A DNA stretch of 64,000 bases from Candidatus Poribacteria bacterium. GTDB taxonomy: Bacteria > Poribacteria > WGA-4E > WGA-3G. The stretch's first letter is position 1. Every line of letters begins with the position of its first letter. Location: assembly GCA_964291315.2 (NCBI GenBank), contig OZ219753.1, forward strand, positions 1,184,001 to 1,248,000, written 5' to 3'. Below, in pieces: positions 40,206 through 48,451 of this stretch. Below the pieces are notes generated by a model, which did not search any database, was not told where the DNA came from, and saw only the letters and a list, made by a program, of their open reading frames with translations. Both the position numbers and the translations under genes were made by a program.

Positions 40206-41054
40206 ATGAATAGCGCCACCACAAGAATCGTTACACATGCGGTTCTTACAATAACCTTTTGTCTTGTAACATCATTGGTTTGGGCAGTCGATACTGTCCT
40301 CTTTGAAGAAGATTTTGAGGATGTACCCCTCGAATCAAGCATAATGGAACAGATTAAAGATAAAAAGGTCTGGTCAGGCACCCCGCCTGACAGCTGGGAA
40401 ATTACAAACGAGAACCCCGAAAACCTCGGAATGCCTGAATGGAGAACTTGGGCGATTGTTGACCTTGAGTGGTGGACACGAACAGCCGAGGACCAACGGC
40501 GGAGTGAGTTCACAGGGGTACACAATGACGGCAAAGGCGTAGGTAACGGAGCGGTTTCTGATCCTGACGAATGGGATGATTGGGAGGGGAACGGCGATCC
40601 TGATGCTATTAGCCGCTGGAATGGTCACTTAATTACGCCCTCCATTAAAATTAAGGGGGCCGCAGCAAAGTCGCTCATCTTAACCCTGGATTCGAGTTGG
40701 CGCCCTGAAGATACACAAAGCGCAGAAATAACAGTGCGTTTCGACGGCGGTAAGGAAGAACGAATCCTATTCTTCAAGAGCGTCGGTATTGACGCAGGAG
40801 CACACACCCTGGTTACGATTCCTACACTCGACATGCATGAGGAAGATATAAACGATGGAGAACAGATAAACGAAACGCTAGAAATCCCAATTGATAACCC
40901 AGCAAATGCTACTGAGATGATCATTAGTTTCGGTGTCATTGATGCCCAGAATGATTGGTGGTGGGCAATAGATAATATAAAGCTCATCAGCACCGCATTT
41001 TCTGTGGAGCCCAAACATAAATTAGCAGTGAGGTGGGCAGAGCTAAAATCCTGA
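40206..41054 (+). CDS. Secreted beta-sandwich protein with C-terminal KLAVRWAELK tail
   Basis: Signal peptide, LFEEDFE...NDWWWAIDNI domain, C-terminus SVEPKHKLAVRWAELKS. Confidence 0.75.
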   Translation: MNSATTRIVTHAVLTITFCLVTSLVWAVDTVLFEEDFEDVPLESSIMEQIKDKKVWSGTPPDSWEITNENPENLGMPEWRTWAIVDLEWWTRTAEDQRRSEFTGVHNDGKGVGNGAVSDPDEWDDWEGNGDPDAISRWNGHLITPSIKIKGAAAKSLILTLDSSWRPEDTQSAEITVRFDGGKEERILFFKSVGIDAGAHTLVTIPTLDMHEEDINDGEQINETLEIPIDNPANATEMIISFGVIDAQNDWWWAIDNIKLISTAFSVEPKHKLAVRWAELKS

Positions 41055-41166
41055 CAACTGACCCCTTGTCATTTACAGCTAGCTCGACGAAAATAGCTGT
41101 AAGGAAGAGCTGCGAGCACCTAAAGTGCACTCTTCTTTTATATCTTGTCGATTTTTGGGAGAAAGA

Positions 41167-42222
41167 ATGATGAAAATTTTGGTCACCGGGGGCACAGGAC
41201 GGATTGGCTCCAATCTCGTTAAAAAATTGTTGGAAAAAGGGCACAGTGTGCGTAGCTTCGTCTATCCGGGTGATGTCCACCGCGTCGGAAGATGGAACGA
41301 GACGCAAGGTGTTGAAACCGTGCTTGGCGATCTGCGCGAATACGAAGATGTTAAAAAAGTCGTTGAAGGCGTGGACGCTATCTATCATATCGCCGCTGCG
41401 TTTGGAGGTCCCTTTGATAACCGCCAGTACCTGGCAATCAATGGGATGGGTACCCTCAACATTTTGGAGTGTGTCCGTGAATTCAACCCGAATATTCACC
41501 GACTTGTTTATGCATCCACAGAAGCCATCTATTGGGAACTCACCCAAAAAGGGCGCCTTTTCAATCAACGCATTACCGAAGACATGGTTGCCAAATACCA
41601 TCACATGCCTTACTTCCTTACCAAATGGATTGGTGAAGAACTCTGCATGACCTATTATCACCAATATGGAGTCCCTTCAACCGTCTTCAGGTTCACAACC
41701 GTGATTGAACCGAGCGAATTTCTCAACGAAAAGGGGTTGCCGAGACAATTCACCTTCAGTCCCATCTACAATCGATACAAGAGCTATACGGGAGATGACC
41801 CGGCCGAATTGGGGACTGCAAATACTGTTAAACGTCTTTGGGATGGGCAGGAGAAGTTTATACTCAAACGCAATCCTGATGGACGACCCTACAAAGAACA
41901 TTTCACGGATGTGCGAGATATCGTGCAAGGCTTAGTTTTAGGCATCGAAAAGGATGCCGCTGTCGGTGAAGAATTCACGCTTGGTGGAAAGGGCGTTTTC
42001 AAGTATGAAGAGGTCATTCCGTATCTCTCTCAACGCTACAAGATGGGTTTTGTGGACATCCAGCTCCCTGAATCCCTCTATTTTGAATTTGATTTGAGCA
42101 AAATCGAGACGCTTCTGGATTATGAACCGCAGCACGACTTAGCAAGTATCCTTGATGCCGCTGAAGCAATGCGACGAGGTGAAGACGTTGGGATCATTCC
42201 GACTGGCATTCGATGGAGCTAA
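41167..42222 (+). CDS. NAD-dependent epimerase/dehydratase
   Basis: ILVTGGTGRIG, YFLTK (YxxxK), DVRDIV. Confidence 0.9.
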   Translation: MMKILVTGGTGRIGSNLVKKLLEKGHSVRSFVYPGDVHRVGRWNETQGVETVLGDLREYEDVKKVVEGVDAIYHIAAAFGGPFDNRQYLAINGMGTLNILECVREFNPNIHRLVYASTEAIYWELTQKGRLFNQRITEDMVAKYHHMPYFLTKWIGEELCMTYYHQYGVPSTVFRFTTVIEPSEFLNEKGLPRQFTFSPIYNRYKSYTGDDPAELGTANTVKRLWDGQEKFILKRNPDGRPYKEHFTDVRDIVQGLVLGIEKDAAVGEEFTLGGKGVFKYEEVIPYLSQRYKMGFVDIQLPESLYFEFDLSKIETLLDYEPQHDLASILDAAEAMRRGEDVGIIPTGIRWS

Positions 42223-42315
42223 CCTTTTTTTCAGTAATTCTTCTTGATGTCTCACAATTAATGGGTTAAACTTATTAGACAATCTGAGTTTAACTGTATC
42301 GGGATCCTGTTTATT

Positions 42316-43968
42316 ATGAAAGTCTTTTTTCGGAAATCTACCTATTATTCTCTCCTACTATTTGTATTTGGCTGCTTGACGTTGAATTGCGCGAAGCTTT
42401 CGCCAACGCCCCCGCGGTATGTACCAGCGAGCACCAAACATCTGGATCGGCATATTAACGCAGTACTTAAAAAAGAGAGGATCCAACCGTCTCGGAGATC
42501 GGCGGACGCGGAATTTCTGCGCCGTATCTATCTCGACATGACAGGAACAATCCCGACCCCTGAAAAAGTTCTCGATTTCCTCAAAGACGGTGCATCCAGC
42601 AAACGGCAGAGAGAAATCGATCAACTCTTCCAGAGTGAGGCCTTCGTTGACTATTGGACACGGTTATGGGTGGACTGGTTAATCGGCAAGCGCGGTGATA
42701 ATAACGATTACCGCATCGGATTAATGGCATGGGTGAAGGATGCTCTACAAAAGAATATGCCCTATAACCAATTTGTTCAGGAACTCATCGCGGCTGATGG
42801 GGAGCTACGGAACAATGCTGCAGGGAATTATATCCTCCGTTATAATCGGTCACCGGTTCTTCTTACTTCGCATACCTCGCGTTTCTTTTTAGGCCTCCCC
42901 ATGCAATGTGCCGAGTGCCACGACCATAAAACTGAGGCGTGGCGACAAGAGGACTTCTACGGCATCGCAGCCTTTTTCACAGGTATTGAGCGTAAAAGAA
43001 AGGGATCTATCCAGACAGTGAATATGATAGGTGAAAAGCAAAAGATAGACAATTTTCTCATTACCAACACACCTCAAAAATCTCTGTGGGTAAGAAGGCT
43101 TGATAGTAAGGTCTTTCCTCGTTTCCCTGATGGAACCGAGTACAACGGGAGGCCTGTCAAAAAACGCGAAGCGCTTGCAGAGTGGATAACCGACAAATCG
43201 AATCCGTATTTTAGTCGTGCACTCGTGAATCGGATTTGGAAGCACTTTATGGGCCGCGCATTTGTCGAACCGCTAGACGGATTCGGAGAAGAAAATCTGC
43301 CAACCCACCCAGCTCTATTGGAATGGCTTGCAGACGATTTCGTCATTCACGGATATAACTTGCAACACTTAATGCGGACCATCCTCAATTCTGAGGCTTA
43401 CCAGCGCACGTCAGAGACAAATGAAAGCAACAAAGCGGATGAACTTTACTATTCGCATGCGTACGTCAAACCGCTCAGTGCAGAGCAATTTTTCCATTCC
43501 ATGCTACAAGCCACCGGCTTTGAAAGGCTCCAACAAGTCGAGATGGAAGGTCTCGCAAAGCAAGGTGGCAAAGATCGTAAGGATATGCTGCGCGCTCTGG
43601 AGCAAAGAAAGCGCCAGCACCTCAGGCGGTTTCTGTTTCTCCTAGATAACGGTGAAATGGAGGAAATCGAAGCCTTCAACGGAACCCTCCCGCAAGCTCT
43701 TATGATGATTAATGGAAGTATGGTGAATGATAGCGCGAGTCATGAGAAACGCGGTGGTTTCGTTAATTACGTTCTCGAAAAATGGCGTGAACCGCTTGAC
43801 CGAGTGGAGTACATTTACCTCAACATTCTATCTCGGCTGCCAACGGCTAAAGATAGAACCTATTTCCAACGTTATTTGGAGCGAAGCCTTTATTCAGATA
43901 AAGACTTGGCTTACGAAGACCTCTATTGGGTGTTGTTAAATTCTGCCGAATTTTCTATTAACCATTAA
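42316..43968 (+). CDS. DUF1549/DUF1553 (planctomycete PSCyt/PSD1-type) protein
   Basis: DAEFLRRIYLDMTG, CAECHDH, ALVNRIW.HFMG, HPALL.WLA, PQAL.MIN, LLNSAEF. Confidence 0.9.
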   Translation: MKVFFRKSTYYSLLLFVFGCLTLNCAKLSPTPPRYVPASTKHLDRHINAVLKKERIQPSRRSADAEFLRRIYLDMTGTIPTPEKVLDFLKDGASSKRQREIDQLFQSEAFVDYWTRLWVDWLIGKRGDNNDYRIGLMAWVKDALQKNMPYNQFVQELIAADGELRNNAAGNYILRYNRSPVLLTSHTSRFFLGLPMQCAECHDHKTEAWRQEDFYGIAAFFTGIERKRKGSIQTVNMIGEKQKIDNFLITNTPQKSLWVRRLDSKVFPRFPDGTEYNGRPVKKREALAEWITDKSNPYFSRALVNRIWKHFMGRAFVEPLDGFGEENLPTHPALLEWLADDFVIHGYNLQHLMRTILNSEAYQRTSETNESNKADELYYSHAYVKPLSAEQFFHSMLQATGFERLQQVEMEGLAKQGGKDRKDMLRALEQRKRQHLRRFLFLLDNGEMEEIEAFNGTLPQALMMINGSMVNDSASHEKRGGFVNYVLEKWREPLDRVEYIYLNILSRLPTAKDRTYFQRYLERSLYSDKDLAYEDLYWVLLNSAEFSINH

Positions 43969-43991
43969 GGACAAAGCAGCAGACGCAAACT

Positions 43992-45038
43992 ATGAACTAT
44001 CGTGACCTGAGGATCGGAGCGTTAAAAGCAGAACTCAAAAAGCGGGGATTGAAAGGGTATTCATCGTTAAAAAAAGCTCAAATGATTGAATATCTTTCAA
44101 CAGGAATTCACCCGCTGAAACAGACAGAAGCATCTCCCATGGTAGCGGAGAGTGAAATGCTCGATTCGTCTCCTGAAGAAACTGAATATTCACCGACTAT
44201 TTTGGAGGGTACCACCCAAAAACTTCCAATCAATCAAGTTATATTGGGGAACTGTTTAAAGATTTTGCGATCTTTTCCTGATGGCGTTTTCGATTGTTGT
44301 ATTGCCGACCCGCCATTTAATATGTCGAGAAAAAAAGGGTTGGGTTGGGCCTTTAGTTCCCATGTTACAATGCAGGAACAGTGGGATATTTTCGCAAAAG
44401 ACGACTATTTTCAGTTCACGGTTGACTGGCTTCGTGAGGTATTAAGGGTGCTGAAGACAAACGGAAACTTGTTTGTTTTTGGGTCTTTCCACTGTATCTT
44501 TACAATCGGTTTTATTCTTCAAAACCTGTTTGACCGCCGAATCATCAGCCAACTAGTTTGGTACAAACCTAATGCACAACCTAATATCACCTGCCGTATG
44601 TTTACCGAATCGACTGAATTTATCGTTTGGGCAGTCAACAATGAAAGCAAAAAGGCCAAAAATTGGACGTTCAATTATGAGGTGATGAAAGGGCTAAACA
44701 ATAACAAACAAATGCGAAATGTGTGGGAGATTCCGCTTACCAAACGATCAGAACGGACGTATGGGAAACATCCGTCACAAAAGCCTGTTGCTGTTGTCAA
44801 TCGGCTTGTCTTAGCGGGAACTCATAAAGGTGATCTCATTCTTGATCCATTCTCTGGGACCGGAACTACAGCGGTTGTGGCTGAACAAAACAGTCGGAGA
44901 TGGGTCATGATTGAAAAGGAAGAAGCGTATAACGAAATTGCGCGACAGAGGCTTGGTGAGTTGGCCAATATGCTGTTTGAAGGTGATTCAGAGACCGATG
45001 AGAAACCTTTTTTCCCTTCACTGCTTGCGGTAGAATAG
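43992..45038 (+). CDS. Orphan beta-class DNA methyltransferase (DpnA/CcrM-like) with N-terminal Rho_N/SAP-like domain
   Basis: DPPF catalytic motif precedes LDPFSGTGTT; HPSQKP; N-terminal LKAELKKRGLKGYSSLKKAQMIEYL. Confidence 0.88.
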   Translation: MNYRDLRIGALKAELKKRGLKGYSSLKKAQMIEYLSTGIHPLKQTEASPMVAESEMLDSSPEETEYSPTILEGTTQKLPINQVILGNCLKILRSFPDGVFDCCIADPPFNMSRKKGLGWAFSSHVTMQEQWDIFAKDDYFQFTVDWLREVLRVLKTNGNLFVFGSFHCIFTIGFILQNLFDRRIISQLVWYKPNAQPNITCRMFTESTEFIVWAVNNESKKAKNWTFNYEVMKGLNNNKQMRNVWEIPLTKRSERTYGKHPSQKPVAVVNRLVLAGTHKGDLILDPFSGTGTTAVVAEQNSRRWVMIEKEEAYNEIARQRLGELANMLFEGDSETDEKPFFPSLLAVE

Positions 45039-45149
45039 AAAAGCATAACCTAACAAGAAACTATGCCACGAAAGAAAACATAACAAAGGCACAGTCTAAC
45101 AGAGAATCATGCATGCTACATCGAATACAACCGAAAGGAGAATCTTATT

Positions 45150-45872
45150 GTGAAAAAACTTAACGTGTTCATCACCCTCTGCGCAATCACCTTAGGGGTC
45201 GCTGCAGTGGCGACAGCACAGACCTACTTTGAGGACAATTTCGACGATGCAAAGGCATCTAAAGAGAAATGGGTACCGCTTTTCGGGGAGTGGGAATTCA
45301 AAGATGATCAATATCATCAACTTCAGAATGCGTTTAACTGTATGAGTGTTGTCGCTGACGAATTTTGGGATGATACCTGGAATGAGTACACCTTTGAAGT
45401 CCGAGGCAGCAAGGTCAGCGGTGCCGAAGGATTCTTGATTATGTTCCGCTGCCAAGGCTTAATGCAACCACGGGGACAGGCACTTGAAGACCATCCACCG
45501 CGTATGGAAAAACGCAAACCTTCACTGGAGTACTGGTGGAACCTCGGCGGCTGGGGCAATACACGCTCACAAGTCGAATCGTGGGGCGGCAAAGCAGGGG
45601 CCAATAGCAACCACACCATCAAAGATAAAGATTGGTACCACATTAAGATTGTCAATACGCCCGATAGTTACACGGTGATCCTCGACGATGAAGAAGTCGC
45701 TAAGGTGGATGATGACACCGAAGGCGGTGTCGGACGTGTCGGTCTCGCGACCTGGAGCACAGTCGCAAAATACGACGATGTCCTCGTCTACGGACCCGAT
45801 GGTCCCTCGTTGCCAGTTGACGCAAAAAACAGACTCGCAACAACCTGGGCACACCTCAAATCCGTGAGATAG
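45150..45872 (+). CDS. Secreted concanavalin/LamG-like protein with C-terminal RLATTWAHLK tail
   Basis: Signal peptide, FEDNFDD, WNLGGWGNT, WYHIKI, GRVGLATW, C-terminus PVDAKNRLATTWAHLKSVR. Confidence 0.75.
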   Translation: MKKLNVFITLCAITLGVAAVATAQTYFEDNFDDAKASKEKWVPLFGEWEFKDDQYHQLQNAFNCMSVVADEFWDDTWNEYTFEVRGSKVSGAEGFLIMFRCQGLMQPRGQALEDHPPRMEKRKPSLEYWWNLGGWGNTRSQVESWGGKAGANSNHTIKDKDWYHIKIVNTPDSYTVILDDEEVAKVDDDTEGGVGRVGLATWSTVAKYDDVLVYGPDGPSLPVDAKNRLATTWAHLKSVR

Positions 45873-45933
45873 ATTTTGACATTAAACGCTGCAGTAACCT
45901 GTATCATCCCGAAGGTCCAAGAATCGAAACAAA

Positions 45934-47103
45934 ATGTTGAGTTACTTCTTACCTCCACGAATTGAATTTGGAAACGATGCCATCCAAAATTTGGGTAAGT
46001 ACGTCAAAATGTTTGATGGCAGAAAGCCGTTCTTGGTGAGCGACAGCGGGGTTATCAACGCCGGTATCCTCGCCAAGGCAATAGACGTATTGGAGGCAGC
46101 CGGTTTGGCGCACGCCACTTATTCAGACATCCAACCGAATCCGACAGACCTCAGCGTCATCGCGGGGGTGGAGGTCTACAAAAAGGAAGCATGCGACGTG
46201 GTTGTTGCTGTCGGCGGCGGGAGCGTGATGGATGCAGCAAAAGCCGTTCGGCTCCTAACAACGCATGAGCCGCCTTTGGAGACCTACTATGTTGATAGCG
46301 GCGGGATTGAACGGATCCGCGGCGATATGCCGCCCCTCGTATGCGTTCCAACAACCGCTGGCACGGGCAGTGAGGTCTCACAAGGCGCGATTATCACGGA
46401 TACATCGCTACAGACAACCGATCGCTGGCGAAAGCGCGCAATCGTTACACCGTTTAACATGGCGAACGTGGCACTCCTTGACCCCGCAATAATAGGCGGT
46501 ATGCCGCCCGCACTCACCGCTGCGACCGGTATGGATGCTATCACCCATGGGATCGAGGCGTACGTCGCGACAAAGTACCACCCGATTGCCGAGGGAGTGG
46601 CGTTACAGGCACTCAAGATGTTAAGTGCGAATATCCAGCAGGTCTATCGTAACGGGGAAGACATAACCGCACGGGGCGAGATGCTGCTCGGCTCATGCAT
46701 GGCGGCATTCTCATTCCAAAAGGGGCTCGGCGCTGTCCACTCCTTGGCGCATCAGCTCTCCACAGACGCACCGATCCCGCACGGGGTCGCGAACGCCCTG
46801 CTCCTTCCACCCGTCATGGCATTTAACTTTTCTCATGCAGCTGAGAAGTACGCTGAGATCGCGCGTGCCTTAGGAGTAGAAACCGAGAACATGGACACCG
46901 ACGCGGCAGCACATGCTGCGATTGATAAAATTCGGGCGTTTAACACTGAACTAGATATGCCCGCCGGACTCGGAGCCGCCGGCTTAGATCGAGCGAAGAT
47001 CCCGAAACTCAGCGCGGATGCAATGCTCGATCACTGTCACACATTCAATCCGAGGGAGTGCAGAAAAGCCGATATGGTCGCGTTGCTTGAGGCGGCATTT
47101 TGA
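45934..47103 (+). CDS. Iron-containing alcohol dehydrogenase
   Basis: GGGSVMDAAK, PTTAGTGSE, GMDAITHGIEAY, GLGAVHSLAH, PHGVAN. Confidence 0.93.
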   Translation: MLSYFLPPRIEFGNDAIQNLGKYVKMFDGRKPFLVSDSGVINAGILAKAIDVLEAAGLAHATYSDIQPNPTDLSVIAGVEVYKKEACDVVVAVGGGSVMDAAKAVRLLTTHEPPLETYYVDSGGIERIRGDMPPLVCVPTTAGTGSEVSQGAIITDTSLQTTDRWRKRAIVTPFNMANVALLDPAIIGGMPPALTAATGMDAITHGIEAYVATKYHPIAEGVALQALKMLSANIQQVYRNGEDITARGEMLLGSCMAAFSFQKGLGAVHSLAHQLSTDAPIPHGVANALLLPPVMAFNFSHAAEKYAEIARALGVETENMDTDAAAHAAIDKIRAFNTELDMPAGLGAAGLDRAKIPKLSADAMLDHCHTFNPRECRKADMVALLEAAF

Positions 47104-47127
47104 TTGCCAACGCTCTTTTCGGCACTT

Positions 47128-47151
47128 GTAGCATAGACTGTTAGTCTGTGC
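47128..47151 (+). repeat. GTAG-type REP-like palindrome
   Basis: GTAGCATAGACT-GTT-AGTCTGTGC; related copies at 48231, 48358(-), 48403, 50762 and 50873(-). Confidence 0.6.
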
Positions 47152-47250
47152 CGCAGCAGTCTCTGCTATAGATATAGCAACAATCCGCTCTTTTCCTCGC
47201 TTGTGTTGGGAAAGAGGAATATTAAACACTTAAAAAAGGAGTATTTTCCG

Positions 47251-48135
47251 ATGAAAACGTATTTGAGGATCCCGAAACTTATGATTGCGGCGCTTGCTAT
47301 CGGCGCATGCTGCTTCGTTTTCTACGCCTGTGAGGTTGTAGATATTGGCGTTGTCACTAGCCCGTTGCAGGAGACTCCTGCTCCGCCAGAGAACATGGTG
47401 TTAATTCCTGCGGGGGAGTTTCAGATGGGTAGCAACGATGCAGATTCTCGCGCGGATGAGCAGCCCATCCATACCGTCTCTGTAGACGCGTTTTATATGG
47501 ATACGCACGAAGTGACAAACGCAGAATATGCGGCGTTTCTGAATGCCTGGGGCAACGATGATTGGTCTGATATCAACGCCGATGGGGCGCGCATTGAGCT
47601 TGTAGCAGGCATGTATCGGCCCGTGTCGGGGTACGCGGATCATCCGGTTGTTGAGGTGAGTTGGTATGGCGCGATGGCGTATGCGGAGTGGGCAGATAAA
47701 CGGCTGCCGACCGAAGCGGAGTGGGAATATGCCGCACGCGGCGGACTATCGGGCCAGAAATATCCGTGGGGCGACACGATTGATAGCACACACGCCAACT
47801 ACGCCGGCAATGCCGGTAGTACGACAGCGGTAGGCAGTTATGCAGCGAATGGGTACGGTTTGCATGATATGGCGGGGAACGTCTACGAATGGTGCTTAGA
47901 TGCGTATGACGAGGAGTTCTACGCCACCTCTCCTGCTCGGAATCCGCTGTCGGGTGCACCCAATATTAAGTGGTTATCAGACAACTATGAAGAAGTTAAT
48001 TCTGACCGCGTGTTACGTGGCGGTTCCTGGCCCAATACTGCCCGGGACGTGCGGGTCGCCGCTCGCGGCCTCAATGCGCCGTCGGTCACGGATGTCTTCT
48101 TCGGTTTCCGTTGTGTCAGGTCTGTATCCCCTTGA
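47251..48135 (+). CDS. FGE-sulfatase/SUMF1-fold (C-type lectin) lipoprotein, probable DGR target
   Basis: AAGGAG RBS, lipobox-like FYAC, MVLIPAGEFQMGS, RLPTEAEWEYAARGG, GLHDMAGNVYEW, RGGSW...GFRC; lacks the catalytic FGE cysteine pair. Confidence 0.88.
   Translation: MKTYLRIPKLMIAALAIGACCFVFYACEVVDIGVVTSPLQETPAPPENMVLIPAGEFQMGSNDADSRADEQPIHTVSVDAFYMDTHEVTNAEYAAFLNAWGNDDWSDINADGARIELVAGMYRPVSGYADHPVVEVSWYGAMAYAEWADKRLPTEAEWEYAARGGLSGQKYPWGDTIDSTHANYAGNAGSTTAVGSYAANGYGLHDMAGNVYEWCLDAYDEEFYATSPARNPLSGAPNIKWLSDNYEEVNSDRVLRGGSWPNTARDVRVAARGLNAPSVTDVFFGFRCVRSVSP
48007..48135 (+). repeat. Putative DGR variable repeat VR1
   Basis: Aligns with 49679-49804 and 50519-50656; differences concentrate at codon positions 1-2 of NNC/NNT and position 1 of NCG. 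Confidence 0.7.
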
Positions 48136-48426
48136 ATCTTTACTGTTTAACGCATTTTTCTTCTTAGGTTGTGCCGCAGCAGTCCCCGTGGCACAACCTG
48201 CTGAGGGGTGCCTTGTAGCATAGTCCCCTTGTAGCATAACCTGTTAGGTTGTGCATTGTATCATGTTGCTTGTAAGGATTTACTTGTAATGTGAGTTGGG
48301 TGATAAGCACCGAAGAGGCACAGGAAACTAACAGCCTACGATACAAGAACTGAAGAGGCACAGACTATCAGCCTATGCTACAAGAACATAAAGGATTTAC
48401 TTGTGGCATAACCTGTTAGGTTGTGC
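48136..48426 (+). repeat. Conserved post-VR segment with hairpin (48166-48199) and REP-like cluster
   Basis: Near-identical to 50657-50785; AGGTTGTGCC...GGCACAACCT stem; repeated ATAACCTGTTAGGTTGTGC. Confidence 0.7.
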
Positions 48427-48451
48427 ATTCTATCAAATATATTAAATATAA

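Noticed and set aside
48136-48451. CRISPR array
   Set aside because: The repeats are irregularly spaced, occur in both orientations and lack unique spacers of constant length; no cas genes are present. REP-like is a better fit.
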